In this document: positions 1 through 10,075 of the stretch, in pieces | Layout: the number at the start of each line of letters is the position of its first letter | How positions within the stretch are numbered: position 1 is the stretch's first letter | Source of the DNA: Gemmatimonadales bacterium | Lineage (GTDB): Bacteria > Gemmatimonadota > Gemmatimonadetes > Gemmatimonadales > Gemmatimonadaceae | Assembly (NCBI GenBank): GCA_038235845.1 | Contig: JBBSTN010000001.1 | Location: forward strand, 1-59,876 | Length of the DNA stretch: 59,876 bases | Direction of reading: 5' to 3' | The notes under the pieces: generated by a model | Databases searched by the model: none | What the model was told of the DNA's origin: nothing | The model's input: only the letters and a program-made list of their open reading frames with translations | Made by a program: the position numbers and the translations under genes

Positions 1-2
1 CC

Positions 3-728
3 TCCGCAACCTGCGTCAACAACAACGATTCTTTCCTGATGGGAATCCAGGCGGTTGTGGTTCCGGGAAAAGGTGTCGCGGCCTGCCAGGCGGGCGTCGA
101 CGGCACTCATGCGAATCAGAATCTCGTATACGCGGAGTTGAAAAAAGGCACCGATCCTGCTCGCATCATCGAGATGCTTTCAGCCGATCCGGCCTTTCAG
201 TCCAGACAATTCGGCATCCTCGATCTTACGGGCCGAGGCGCTGGTCATTCGGGATTGAGCAACGGCTACGTGTCGCAGGATATGCAAGGACAGGTGCCGG
301 GAACACAGATCTACTACTCGATACAGGGCAACATTCTGCGTCCGGGAGATGTCGTGCCCAATGCCGTGAAGGCGTTCGTCTATACCCAGGGTTCGCTGAC
401 CGACCGCGTGATGGCTGCGCTGGAGACGGCGGATCGATTCGGCGGAGACAGCAGGTGCTCTTGCCCGCCACTTCCGGCCGATGCCTCCAAGCCGGTGAAC
501 CCATGCGAAGGCAAGACTTCGCACATCGCGTACATCCTCATGGCCGACAAGGACAACAGCAACGGCGACGGCCACAATAACGGGAAATATTCGATGTACA
601 TTACCGTCGCACAGCCGGAGCAGGGCGGGCCGAACGCCATAAAGCCCGGAGAGAATCTGAACCCTGTGAAAACTTTGCGCGCCCGTTACGACTCGTGGCG
701 TAAAATGCAGCCGGCATCGTTCAAATGA
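3..728 (+). CDS. DUF1028-like (Ntn-hydrolase-like) protein, 5' end cut by window edge
   Basis: Frame is open upstream of ATG 39 to the window start (SATCVNNNDSFLM). RQFGILD, SIQGNIL and GGDSRC resemble DUF1028 proteins. Confidence 0.65.
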   Translation, partial: SATCVNNNDSFLMGIQAVVVPGKGVAACQAGVDGTHANQNLVYAELKKGTDPARIIEMLSADPAFQSRQFGILDLTGRGAGHSGLSNGYVSQDMQGQVPGTQIYYSIQGNILRPGDVVPNAVKAFVYTQGSLTDRVMAALETADRFGGDSRCSCPPLPADASKPVNPCEGKTSHIAYILMADKDNSNGDGHNNGKYSMYITVAQPEQGGPNAIKPGENLNPVKTLRARYDSWRKMQPASFK

Positions 729-1324
729 CATTCATCCGTGACGCGACGAGTATAGCAATAGCATTACTCGCAGGGACATTCACCTTTGGCGCGACAGCCG
801 CTCACTCGCAGGGCCGACCGCGGGCGATAACTGTTATGTCCCTGACCTCATCGGCATTCACCGATGGCGGCATGATGCCTGGCACATACACGCAGACTGG
901 CCGGGATACTTCTCCGCCACTTTCGTGGACTGGAGCGCCAGATTCGACTAGAAGTTTCGTCATGGTGGTTCACGACATCGACGCAGCAATTGGCGACGGC
1001 AGCGACGACGTCCTTCATTGGATGGTGTGGAACATCCCCGGTACGGAAACTTCATTGCAGGCAGCGATGGAGTCGGGTGCGCAGACTCCCGATGGTGTTC
1101 GGCAGATCAGCGGCACCGGACCATATTATCGGGGGCCAGCCGCCCCTGCGTCAGGCCCGGCACATCACTACGTCTTCGAACTCTACGCGCTCGACAACAC
1201 TATCAACGTACCAGCAGTTGGACAGTCACCGGGCGCTACGCGTGCTGCGGTGATGGATGCGATGCGCTCGCATGTTCGCGGTAAAGCGGTGTTGGTAGGG
1301 CTTTACCGCCGTCCTGCTCCGTAA
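725..1324 (+). CDS. YbhB/YbcL (PEBP/Raf kinase inhibitor-like) secreted protein
   Basis: SPPLSW, VHDID, HWMVWNIP, YRGPAAP and HHYVFELYALD motifs; signal peptide; ATGA overlap with upstream gene. Confidence 0.9.
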   Translation: MTFIRDATSIAIALLAGTFTFGATAAHSQGRPRAITVMSLTSSAFTDGGMMPGTYTQTGRDTSPPLSWTGAPDSTRSFVMVVHDIDAAIGDGSDDVLHWMVWNIPGTETSLQAAMESGAQTPDGVRQISGTGPYYRGPAAPASGPAHHYVFELYALDNTINVPAVGQSPGATRAAVMDAMRSHVRGKAVLVGLYRRPAP

Positions 1325-1344
1325 CGTTGTAGCCGTCTCGTGCT

Positions 1345-2646
1345 TTAGTAAGATTGCTCGGCGAGTGCTAAAGCACCCGCTCGCTGTTCCGATGCCTCAA
1401 TTTCCCTGTCGATCCGGTCTATGTAAACGCTAGCTGAGATATCGCCAGAGACATTGAGAGTTGTGCGCGTCATGTCGAGTAGACGATCGACGCCAAGGAT
1501 GATTGCAATGCCCTCGGGCGGCACGCGAACGGTGGCCATCACCAGCATCATCAGGGGCAACGAGCCTCCGGGAACGCCGGCAGCGCCAATCGCGGTCATC
1601 ACCGACAGGATTACAACGACAATCTGCTGGCCGAATCCCAGATGCACACCAAATACCTGTGCGAGAAATAGCACGGTTACCCCCTCGAACAGCGCCGTAC
1701 CATTCATGTTCATGGTCGCGCCAAGGGGCAATACAAAGCCCGCGATCTTGGGTTGCACCCCCAGCTCCGTTTCAGCCGTGGCTATTGAAGTAGGCAGTGT
1801 GGCCATACTCGAACTGGTCGAAAATGCCGTAATAATAGGAGCGTCGATCGACTTCCAGAATTTTATGGGGTTCATCCTGCCAAAGAACTTCACGAGGAAG
1901 GAGATCCCTATCGCCGCGTGCAGCAGCAGGCCAACTATCACGACTACGACGTACATACTGAGTTGCTGAAGAATCCCCCATCCGAACTGCGACGTGATCA
2001 CGAATATCAGGGCAAACACGCCGTAGGGAGCAATCTTCATCGCGAGATTGATGATGGCGATGATTGCATCTCCAATTCCCTCGAGCACGGCGATAACTGG
2101 CTTCGCTTTTTCCTTCGGTATCATCGTGAGTGCTGCACCGAAGATCAGCGAGAAGAAGATGAGCGCCAGCATATCCATGTCGGCGGCGGCGGCAATCGGA
2201 TTACGCGGCACGATATTGACGAAGGTGCTGACACCGAAATCCTGCGCTCCGGACTGCGCGAGCCCTTGCGCGCCGCTCGAGAACCTCGACATGAGGTCGT
2301 CTCGCGTCGCGGCCGATAGTCCCGACCCGGGTCTGATGGTATTCACGAGAGTCAGGCCAATGGTTGCGGCAATCAGCGTCGACAAGGCGAAGTATCCCAT
2401 CGTCCGGCCGCCCAACCTGCCCAGCGTCTTCATGTCACCAATACCCGCCACGCCTACAGCGATGGACGTAAACACGATCGGTACGACTGTCATGAAAAGC
2501 ATTCGGAGAAACACCTGCCCAACAGGATAGGCGATGTTATTGGAGACAAATAAAAGCCATTCGGCGTCGGCAAAGAGACGGTTACACAAGCCGCCGACAA
2601 GAGCGCCAAGTACGAGACCCAGCGCAATCTTGGTGTGAAGCTTCAA
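1345..2646 (-). CDS. Dicarboxylate/amino acid:cation symporter (DAACS, GltP/DctA family)
   Basis: AFSTSSSMATLP, LPLGATMNMNGTAL, GVPGG and DRLLDMTRT motifs; TTG start preceded by AAGGAG. Confidence 0.93.
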   Translation of the reverse strand: MKLHTKIALGLVLGALVGGLCNRLFADAEWLLFVSNNIAYPVGQVFLRMLFMTVVPIVFTSIAVGVAGIGDMKTLGRLGGRTMGYFALSTLIAATIGLTLVNTIRPGSGLSAATRDDLMSRFSSGAQGLAQSGAQDFGVSTFVNIVPRNPIAAAADMDMLALIFFSLIFGAALTMIPKEKAKPVIAVLEGIGDAIIAIINLAMKIAPYGVFALIFVITSQFGWGILQQLSMYVVVVIVGLLLHAAIGISFLVKFFGRMNPIKFWKSIDAPIITAFSTSSSMATLPTSIATAETELGVQPKIAGFVLPLGATMNMNGTALFEGVTVLFLAQVFGVHLGFGQQIVVVILSVMTAIGAAGVPGGSLPLMMLVMATVRVPPEGIAIILGVDRLLDMTRTTLNVSGDISASVYIDRIDREIEASEQRAGALALAEQSY

Positions 2647-2687
2647 TGTTCTCTCCTTTTTTCGGGCGGGAATGGGAGCGAGCTAGT

Positions 2688-4196
2688 TCATCGAACGGGA
2701 ATGTTGTCGAACACCTTTGAATTGATCAGGAAATGCACCCAGATGCTGGCTGCATAACCAAGTGCAATTGCCCAGGTCCACTTGAGATGGGCCATGAACG
2801 TGTAGATACCGCGCGCCTGGCCCATGAGTGCAACTCCCGCGGCGCTCCCAATGGAAAGTAGCGAACCGCCCACGCCGGCGGTGAGTGTGACGAGCAGCCA
2901 TTGCCCGTGATCCATTGACGGATGCATGGAGAGCACGGCGAACATTACCGGAATGTTGTCTATGATGGCCGACATCAGACCAACTGCGATGTTTGCACGC
3001 GTGGCACCGAGATCACCATATGCAAACAGCGAAAGCGACTCGAGATAACCGATTGCGCCGAGGCCACCGACACAGAGAATTACACCGTAAAAAAACATGA
3101 GCGTGTCCCATTCTGCCTTCTCAAGTCGCTTGAAAATGTCAAACTCCTCGAGTTCCGCACCGGAGTGCGAGACAATCTCGAAAGGATTGTCTGTTTCGAT
3201 GCTCTGGCTCTTACCCTGCGCAATTCCAAGTCGTCTCGCCGAACGCTTGAGGTAGTAACCGAAAAACTTGAGCACACCGAGTCCGGTCATCATTCCCAGT
3301 ACCGGCGGCAAGTGGAGGAACTGGTGAAAGCTTACCGACATTGCGATTGTCGCCAGAAAGAGAAACACGACGGTAATTGCGCCGGGTCTCATTCGCACCG
3401 TTTCCTCGATCGCGTCGGGGCGTTCCTTGCCGACTGCGAAACTCATTAAGGTGGCCGGCACCAGCCAGTTCACGAGGGCCGGCAGGAACAAAGCAAGGAA
3501 TCCCTGAAAGCTCACAATTCCTTTTTGCCACACCATTAGCGTGGTGATGTCACCGAACGGGGAAAAGGCGCCACCGGCGTTTGCAGCCACCACAACGTTG
3601 ATGAAGGAGACAATGAGAAAACGTGGTTTGCCAACGCCAACGCTCATCACCACTGCTCCCATCACCAGTGCGGTGGTGAGATTGTCTGCCACTGGAGAAA
3701 TCATGAACGCCAATGCGCCAGTGAGCCAGAACACTGCGCGAAGACTTATTCCCTGTCCCACGATCTTTGCTCGCAACGCGTCGAAGATTCCGCGTTCCTC
3801 CATGGTATTGATGTACGTCATGGCGGCGAGCAGAAAGAAAAACAGCTCCGCGTACTCCAGGAAATTCTGCCGAACAGCCTCCTCGGCAAACAGTCGAAGC
3901 GCCTCGCGCGTCGCATCATCCGACGCTGCCGATGCCGCAGCCTGATAGCGCCACCCGATGAGCGCCCATATGATGCCTGCGGCCACCAAAACGGGTTTGG
4001 ACTTTCGCAGGTGCAGGTACTCTTCCCCCATCACGAGCAGGTAAGCAACCGCAAAGACGGCAATTGAAACGAAACCCACCCATGATCCGGTGAGGTCGAG
4101 CAGCCTTTCTGCGGGGCCGCTCTCCTGTGCGGCAACGGTGCTCGAACAAATCGCCGTAGCGAAGGTTGCTGCGAGGGACAACACAAAGCCGCGCAT
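2688..4196 (-). CDS. nhaD: Na+/H+ antiporter NhaD
   Basis: EEYLHLRKSKP, SPVADNLTTAL, ANAGGAFSPFGDITT, SAIIDNIP and GSLLSIGSAAG motifs. Start uncertain (ATG 4196 or 4229). Confidence 0.9.
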   Translation of the reverse strand: MRGFVLSLAATFATAICSSTVAAQESGPAERLLDLTGSWVGFVSIAVFAVAYLLVMGEEYLHLRKSKPVLVAAGIIWALIGWRYQAAASAASDDATREALRLFAEEAVRQNFLEYAELFFFLLAAMTYINTMEERGIFDALRAKIVGQGISLRAVFWLTGALAFMISPVADNLTTALVMGAVVMSVGVGKPRFLIVSFINVVVAANAGGAFSPFGDITTLMVWQKGIVSFQGFLALFLPALVNWLVPATLMSFAVGKERPDAIEETVRMRPGAITVVFLFLATIAMSVSFHQFLHLPPVLGMMTGLGVLKFFGYYLKRSARRLGIAQGKSQSIETDNPFEIVSHSGAELEEFDIFKRLEKAEWDTLMFFYGVILCVGGLGAIGYLESLSLFAYGDLGATRANIAVGLMSAIIDNIPVMFAVLSMHPSMDHGQWLLVTLTAGVGGSLLSIGSAAGVALMGQARGIYTFMAHLKWTWAIALGYAASIWVHFLINSKVFDNIPVR

Positions 4197-4385
4197 TGGC
4201 GGCCTGTAAGAATGGTTCGTTGGCGACATGAACCAAGGTAACAAGCCGCCAGCTCTCAGCGGGCTTGCCTGGAGAGCCGTATTATTGAGTGTACGATCGC
4301 AGAAACGTCGCAATTGTTCTGTCGTTCTCAGGCAATTCCACGTAGTTCCATCGACAGTATCTCAAGCCCTCTTCCAGATATTTCA

Positions 4386-5261
4386 TTGACGTCAGCTTCA
4401 GGGAGCGGTTCAGACAGCGGTGAGGGCGAGACTGGCAACAAGGGCGCTGCTCATTCCGGGCGTGCACGTCGTCCGGTTGGCTTGCTCGCGCTGGGATCTG
4501 CAGCCGTGATGGCGATTTACGGTGCTGGTTACGAGAGAACGAAGCCCGCTGCCGACCGCATGGCGTCCGAAGCTATGGACGGACGTCGGTCCATGGCGCC
4601 GGTCGCCACCCGCTCCCCAGTGCAGCCCGCGCCGAAATTATCCCCCGATTCGTCGGCCCCAGCGATTGCGACTTCAACCGCCGCTCACTCTGAAGCCAGC
4701 GGCGCGCTGCCCGACGTAGCGCAGAAAGCGAGCGTCGCCGCAAACGATCCGGAGAGGTCGCCGGCTCAGCCATCGTCAAACGCCGCCGCTCCTCCGCCAG
4801 CGACCGCCGTGTCCGACACCAAAGCCTCGGCCCCTAAATCCTCAGCCGCGACCGTGCCAGCGGCGATCGCGCCTGTGGCAGCGTCGGCGGCGTCAGCCAA
4901 AAGCAGCAAGGCAGAACCCGCAGTAGCATCACCGCCCGCCAAAAAAGTGGACGACGCGGAAACCGCGACCGCGCCGGACGCCGCCAGCTCCGCGACTGTG
5001 TCCTACCGGGACGGTATGTACCTGGGACGCGGAACCTCCCGGCATGGAGACATCGAAGCGCTGGTGGAGATCAAAGACGGGCGAATTGTGTCAGCGATAA
5101 TCTCCCAGTGCCTGACACGTTATTCGTGCTCGTGGATCTCCGCACTGCCTCCTCAGGTCGTGGCCCGACAGAGCCCAGACGTCGATTACGTGTCAGGCGC
5201 CACGCAAAGCGCCAACGCGTTCTATTACGCGGTTGTACAGGCCCTCTCACAGGCAAAGTGA
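4386..5261 (+). CDS. Membrane-anchored FMN-binding domain protein (flavinylation substrate) with long Ala/Pro/Ser linker
   Basis: C-terminal YRDGMYLG...VDYVSGATQSA with an SGAT flavinylation motif; one N-terminal hydrophobic segment; start uncertain (TTG 4314 or 4386). Confidence 0.85.
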   Translation: MTSASGSGSDSGEGETGNKGAAHSGRARRPVGLLALGSAAVMAIYGAGYERTKPAADRMASEAMDGRRSMAPVATRSPVQPAPKLSPDSSAPAIATSTAAHSEASGALPDVAQKASVAANDPERSPAQPSSNAAAPPPATAVSDTKASAPKSSAATVPAAIAPVAASAASAKSSKAEPAVASPPAKKVDDAETATAPDAASSATVSYRDGMYLGRGTSRHGDIEALVEIKDGRIVSAIISQCLTRYSCSWISALPPQVVARQSPDVDYVSGATQSANAFYYAVVQALSQAK

Positions 5262-6232
5262 ACGACGCGTATGTGAGGTCGATGGCGGCGATGGGAACAG
5301 TCGTTTCATTGGAAATTGTCGGAGACAAAAGCCGGCGCGAGGCGGCCGCGAAAAATGCACTCGAGTGGTTCTCGACCGTCGAGAGGGTGTGCAGCCGATT
5401 CGACCAGAACAGCGAACTGAGGGCGCTCTGCCGTATCAGCGGACGCCCGCTGACGGTGAGCCCGATGCTCCTGCAACTGCTTCGCTTTGCACTCGATGTA
5501 GCTCATGAAACCGAGGGCGCGTTCGACCCTGCAGTTGGACGGCAAATGGAGAAACGTGGGTTCGACCGGCACTACCAGACCGGCGAACAGGTTCGATGGG
5601 AATCGCAGGAGAACGACACGCGGGACCACGAAGCCGACGACAACCATCGCCGTCCCAGCTATCGCGATATCGAACTGGATATTGCCCGGCACACGGTCAC
5701 ACTTCACCGCCCCATGCAAATCGACCTTGGCGCCGTTGCCAAAGGCCTGGCAGTTGATCTGGCGGCTCGGCAACTCTCGAATTTTGAGAACTTCGCCATC
5801 GATGCTGGCGGCGATCTGTTTCTCTCCGGCCATAACAGGCGTGACGAGCCATGGTCCGTAGGAATAAAGCATCCACGGACTGTTTCACGTCTGCTCGAAA
5901 CAATTCTCGTAACCAACACGGCTGTTTGCACATCCGGTGACTACGAGCGCATCGTCGGGATGGAATCGCAAGCTCTTCACCGACAGCATCACATTCTCGA
6001 TCCGCACACCAACACTTCGCCGAGTGAGGTCGCCAGTGTCACGGTGGTAGCAGATTCGGCGATGGTTGCTGACGCACTTGGTACTGCAGCATTTGTGCTG
6101 GGGCCAGCGCGAGGCCTTGATCTGCTCACGAAAAGCGGCGTAAACGGATGCATTGTCACGCCGGCAACTGAACTGTTTTCTACAGACGGGTGGCGGGCAC
6201 TCTCGTGCTCGTTCACAGCTATCAAGAACTGA
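5258..6232 (+). CDS. apbE: FAD:protein FMN transferase ApbE
   Basis: MGT, GAFDPAV, IDLGAVAKG, DAGGD, TSGDYER, HHILDP and ADALGTA motifs; GTG 5258 overlaps the upstream stop (GTGA). Confidence 0.95.
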   Translation: MNDAYVRSMAAMGTVVSLEIVGDKSRREAAAKNALEWFSTVERVCSRFDQNSELRALCRISGRPLTVSPMLLQLLRFALDVAHETEGAFDPAVGRQMEKRGFDRHYQTGEQVRWESQENDTRDHEADDNHRRPSYRDIELDIARHTVTLHRPMQIDLGAVAKGLAVDLAARQLSNFENFAIDAGGDLFLSGHNRRDEPWSVGIKHPRTVSRLLETILVTNTAVCTSGDYERIVGMESQALHRQHHILDPHTNTSPSEVASVTVVADSAMVADALGTAAFVLGPARGLDLLTKSGVNGCIVTPATELFSTDGWRALSCSFTAIKN

Positions 6233-6235
6233 CAA

Positions 6236-7096
6236 TTGCAACAGACGACACTCAAGCGATTCTTTCGCACGCCAAAGGGTCAACTTATTGCTGTCTTCGC
6301 AGTTCTCACTCCGCTGGCAGCATGGGGAAGCGGAGTGGCAATCGTGCTCCCCGGATTGATTGCAGCAACGGCGGCGGCGATGCTCGTGGACCTTCCTATC
6401 CTGCGTTTTCGCGGAGGAAAATGGGAATTTCCGGATGGCGCGATGTTGACCGGTATCATCGTTGCGATGATTCTGAGCCCGCATGAACCGTGGCATTTTG
6501 CTGCGGTAACAGCCGTTGTCGCAGTCCTGAGCAAATATCTCATTCGTATCAAGACGGCAAATGTGTTCAACCCCGCGGCGTTAGCACTGGTGGCGACATT
6601 TTATCTGTTCGACAGCGGGCAGAGCTGGTGGGGTGCTCTTCCGGAACTACCCATTTATACCATCGCCGTCCTCTTTGCCACTGGCATCTACATCAGCAAC
6701 CGTGTCAACAAGTTGCCGGCAGTTATCGCATTCCTGGGCGTCTACTTCCTTGCCTTCACTATCGTGAGTTTTCTTGGCGAGCCCGCTGGCGTCGTGGAGC
6801 TGTATCGAGAGCCCGATCTGCACGCTGCACTGTTCTTTGCGTTTTTCATGGTCACAGATCCACCAACATCGCCGCCTAAAGCTCGCGATCAACTCATCTT
6901 CGGCGCGATTACCGCAATCGTGAGCTTTGGTGTATTTGAGATTGTTGGTGCGGCCTACTTCCTCCTCGCCGGATTGCTTGTTGCGAATATCTGGGAAGCG
7001 TGGCGAAGAGAGAGGGCGCGCGCCAGTCGTAGCAAACGAAAGCATCCATCTCTGCGCACTGTCTCAACCGCTGCAGTTGCGGAAGTGCCCGTCTGA
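6236..7096 (+). CDS. RnfD/NqrB-like membrane protein (stand-alone)
   Basis: Polytopic; LTGIIVAMIL, SKYL, NVFNPAA and FFMVTDPPTSP match the NQR2/RnfD/RnfE family. Confidence 0.85.
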   Translation: MQQTTLKRFFRTPKGQLIAVFAVLTPLAAWGSGVAIVLPGLIAATAAAMLVDLPILRFRGGKWEFPDGAMLTGIIVAMILSPHEPWHFAAVTAVVAVLSKYLIRIKTANVFNPAALALVATFYLFDSGQSWWGALPELPIYTIAVLFATGIYISNRVNKLPAVIAFLGVYFLAFTIVSFLGEPAGVVELYREPDLHAALFFAFFMVTDPPTSPPKARDQLIFGAITAIVSFGVFEIVGAAYFLLAGLLVANIWEAWRRERARASRSKRKHPSLRTVSTAAVAEVPV

Positions 7097-7134
7097 ACAG
7101 TCGCAGGTAAAAGTCACCGGTAACAGTCACAGGT
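7096..7134 (+). repeat. Three imperfect 13-bp tandem repeats
   Basis: AACAGTCGCAGGT / AAAAGTCACCGGT / AACAGTCACAGGT fill most of the intergenic gap. Confidence 0.85.
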
Positions 7135-7142
7135 AAAGCTTT

Positions 7143-7712
7143 ATGTCGCTCGCACTCCCGTTCATTTTCGCAACACTGGTTGTCTCGCTCAACCAACCGT
7201 CGCTTAATACGCCGCCGGCAACCAAACCGACGCTCTCTCAGTCGGCGCACAGTAATGCGGCGCTCAGGCGAGCGACGCTCACCCAACCGACATTCCCGGA
7301 CTCCACTCACTGTAGCGGTGCAGCGAAGTTTCTTCGCGACGATCGCAAGATGATCGCGGAAGTGGAAGCGGACACCATCGACGACTGGCGAAGCGGTCGG
7401 AAAGTGCCAGGCTGCCGAGTCACTGCGGCCGGCATCACCGACATCGGCGTGCAACGCGAGGCGCTTCGTTTCTATGAAAGTGTTCGCAGTGCAGGCTGGG
7501 CACGAACTCCCGATCCACGTGACGCGCCCAACGAAGCGGCGCTTCGATTTCGCCTCCATCAATCAGACTGTCTGTTTCATGTGAATGCGCAGGCACTGCT
7601 CAACACGGACGCTGAAATGCGCGTCAACGACGCGCTCGACGCAGGCGCGGCGCAGCAGCGCTATCATGTATTCGTGATGTGCATGCCAATAATGCCCGCC
7701 CGCCCGCGCTAA
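7143..7712 (+). CDS. Hypothetical secreted protein with four Cys
   Basis: Signal-peptide-like N-terminus; co-directional with neighbours. Confidence 0.6.
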   Translation: MSLALPFIFATLVVSLNQPSLNTPPATKPTLSQSAHSNAALRRATLTQPTFPDSTHCSGAAKFLRDDRKMIAEVEADTIDDWRSGRKVPGCRVTAAGITDIGVQREALRFYESVRSAGWARTPDPRDAPNEAALRFRLHQSDCLFHVNAQALLNTDAEMRVNDALDAGAAQQRYHVFVMCMPIMPARPR

Positions 7713-7736
7713 CCCCCACACCAACACGGAGCACGG

Positions 7737-8129
7737 ATGCAACCCCTCATTCCGGCACTGCTCGAGTTCAACGACATCGCATTGTTGCTAATGAGGATTC
7801 TCGTCGCAGCAATCTTCTTTCAAAGCGGGCTGAGTCATGTCCGTGATCCCGAGGCTCGAGCAAAAAGCATCGGAATGAGCGTGGGTTTCACCCTCATGTT
7901 GGGCTGGGCCGAGTTGGCCGGCGCGGTTGGGGTGGCGCTGGGGGTGTTTCCACAGCTCGCAGCCATCGGCCTGATCCTGATAATGCTCGGCGCCATTCAG
8001 AAAAAGATCTTCGTATGGCACACCGGCTTCTGGGGCGAAAAATCTTCAGGATGGCACTACGACTTGATGCTGGTGGTAATGAATCTCGTAATAATTACTA
8101 CCAACGGCGGTCGGTACGTGCTTTACTGA
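7737..8129 (+). CDS. DoxX family membrane protein
   Basis: LLMRILVA...FFQSG, AELAGA and GWHYDL; about four TM segments; GGAG RBS. Confidence 0.88.
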   Translation: MQPLIPALLEFNDIALLLMRILVAAIFFQSGLSHVRDPEARAKSIGMSVGFTLMLGWAELAGAVGVALGVFPQLAAIGLILIMLGAIQKKIFVWHTGFWGEKSSGWHYDLMLVVMNLVIITTNGGRYVLY

Positions 8130-8218
8130 CACGCCACGGTCTATAGCAGCTCCGTTAGCAGTTATGCTCCAACCATACTTGCCCTGACGGCGCTGTAATC
8201 AATTCCCGATCAAGGAAA

Positions 8219-9445
8219 ATGTCTGTGCCTCGTTTCGCATCTGCCGCTTCTGTAGTTGGTCTTGCACTTCTGTTTACCATCCCGCTTGAACTTTGCAGTC
8301 AGCCACCCGGCGGACGCGGCGGAAGTTCGACAACCATAGGCGCAGGCGAGGAATGTCCGCCGGGGATGACGGAGATTCGGCCACGGCGCTGTCAGGCGCC
8401 GGAGATCTCGCCACCAAGCATCGTCGATTACCGGCCAGTTTCGACTTTGAAGACGCCATCCCACACGCCCATGCGGGCAAAGTATCCAGTCATCGACTTC
8501 CATGGACATCCGGGCTCGCTGATCGGTTCCGCCGACGGCCTCGCAAGCATGGGCCGGTCACTCGACAGTCTCAATGTTCGCCTCATGATCTCGGCCGACA
8601 ACATGTCGGGTTCGCGTATCAGCCAGACGATGGCCCTTGTAAAAGCGTCTCCGCAGATGAAAGACCGCGTTCTGATTCTCGCGGGCATCAATTTCAGCGA
8701 CGTTGGTCCCGGCTGGGCAGATAAAGCGATTAAACAGCTTGAGGCCGATGTGGCCGCGGGTGCAGTTGGCGTGGGCGAGATATCCAAAAGCCTGGGACTG
8801 TCCGTAACGAAAAGAGACGGCACCCGCCTCAAGATCGATGACCCCGAGCTCGACCCCATCTGGCAGGCGTGCGCACGTCTCAACCTGCCCGTCTTCATTC
8901 ACACCGCCGACCCTCAGGAATTTTTCAAGACCCTGGACAATCGCAACGAACGCTGGCTGGAGTTGGCGCTTTTCCCGGGTCGACGATATCCGCAGGACAG
9001 ATTTCCAAGCTTCGAGCAGCTTGCGACAGAGCGGGACAACCTCTTTCGCCGAAATCCGAAAACGAAATTTGTTACAGCCCATATGGGCTGGGAAGCGAAC
9101 GATCTGGAAAAGCTCGGCAAACTCCTGACCGAGCTGCCGAATGTTTACACCGAGGTGGGCGCAGTTCTATATGACATCGGTCGCCAGCCACGGGTGGCCC
9201 ATGATTTCTTCATCAAGTACCAGGATCGCATTCTCTTCGGCAAGGATTCATTTCAACCGGAAGAGTATCCGTATTACTGGCGCGTATTCGAAACGCAGGA
9301 CGATTATTTCGACTACTATAGGGGATATCATGCATTCTGGAAACTTTATGGCATCGACCTTCCCGACGCCGTGCTGAAAAAGGTTTACTATCAGAATGCG
9401 TTGACAATCACACCCGCAATTCCCAAGGCGGGCTGGCCAAAATAA
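8219..9445 (+). CDS. Amidohydrolase_2 family metal-dependent hydrolase, probably secreted
   Basis: IDFHGH, IHTADP, AHMG and RILFGKD motifs; AAGGA RBS; signal peptide. Confidence 0.88.
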   Translation: MSVPRFASAASVVGLALLFTIPLELCSQPPGGRGGSSTTIGAGEECPPGMTEIRPRRCQAPEISPPSIVDYRPVSTLKTPSHTPMRAKYPVIDFHGHPGSLIGSADGLASMGRSLDSLNVRLMISADNMSGSRISQTMALVKASPQMKDRVLILAGINFSDVGPGWADKAIKQLEADVAAGAVGVGEISKSLGLSVTKRDGTRLKIDDPELDPIWQACARLNLPVFIHTADPQEFFKTLDNRNERWLELALFPGRRYPQDRFPSFEQLATERDNLFRRNPKTKFVTAHMGWEANDLEKLGKLLTELPNVYTEVGAVLYDIGRQPRVAHDFFIKYQDRILFGKDSFQPEEYPYYWRVFETQDDYFDYYRGYHAFWKLYGIDLPDAVLKKVYYQNALTITPAIPKAGWPK

Positions 9446-9447
9446 AA

Positions 9448-9831
9448 GTGACCATGACTATAAAGGCGCGTTCCTGGATAATCATCCTTATCGGAATTGC
9501 CTTCGCAGGGGCAGCATTGCTGCTGATTCCTGCCGAAAACAGCGAAATATGGACCATGGCCTTTGCCATTCCGTGGCTCGTCATGGCAGTCGTCGCGGGC
9601 GTCGTGGCCCAGACACTCGCGCGCACGAGGGTTACCACCACTTATCCCCTTTTGCTGCTCGGATTCATGATTGCCATTGTCATTCGGGTCATTATTGACG
9701 AGCTCTCGGGTCGTGGAGGCCATAACCTGTGGCCGCTCGAGGCCCTAATCGCCGCCACCATCGGTCTGCCCGGCACCCTGCTCGGCGCCTTCGCTGGTAA
9801 GAAGATCGTTCCAATACAAGTTAAGAGCTAA
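9448..9831 (+). CDS. Hypothetical 4-TM membrane protein
   Basis: Hydrophobic ORF 2 nt after the amidohydrolase stop; HNLWPLE motif. Confidence 0.65.
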   Translation: MTMTIKARSWIIILIGIAFAGAALLLIPAENSEIWTMAFAIPWLVMAVVAGVVAQTLARTRVTTTYPLLLLGFMIAIVIRVIIDELSGRGGHNLWPLEALIAATIGLPGTLLGAFAGKKIVPIQVKS

Positions 9832-10075
9832 CGGGCAGTCCGACGAGCTTCGGGCGGCCTGGTTGGCGGCCTCGAGGAAGCAGGTATTCCATGCCTCAGG
9901 ATCCGGCAGCTTTTACTTAACCCATTTTTCGAGCGTCAACGCCCGGGACGTCTGGCGCGTTTTACAAATCCGGGGCAGTACTCGTTCGTTGCATAGCTGT
10001 ATCGCTAGAGCTGCCCCGTCACTTTTCGTTGATCGACCCGTAATATCGGGGGTATTATCGACCTCTTAGCAACAC

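Noticed and set aside
6236-7096. A complete Rnf or Na+-NQR complex
   Set aside because: Only D/B-like and G/C-like parts are present; no RnfA/B/C/E or NqrA/D/E/F in the window.
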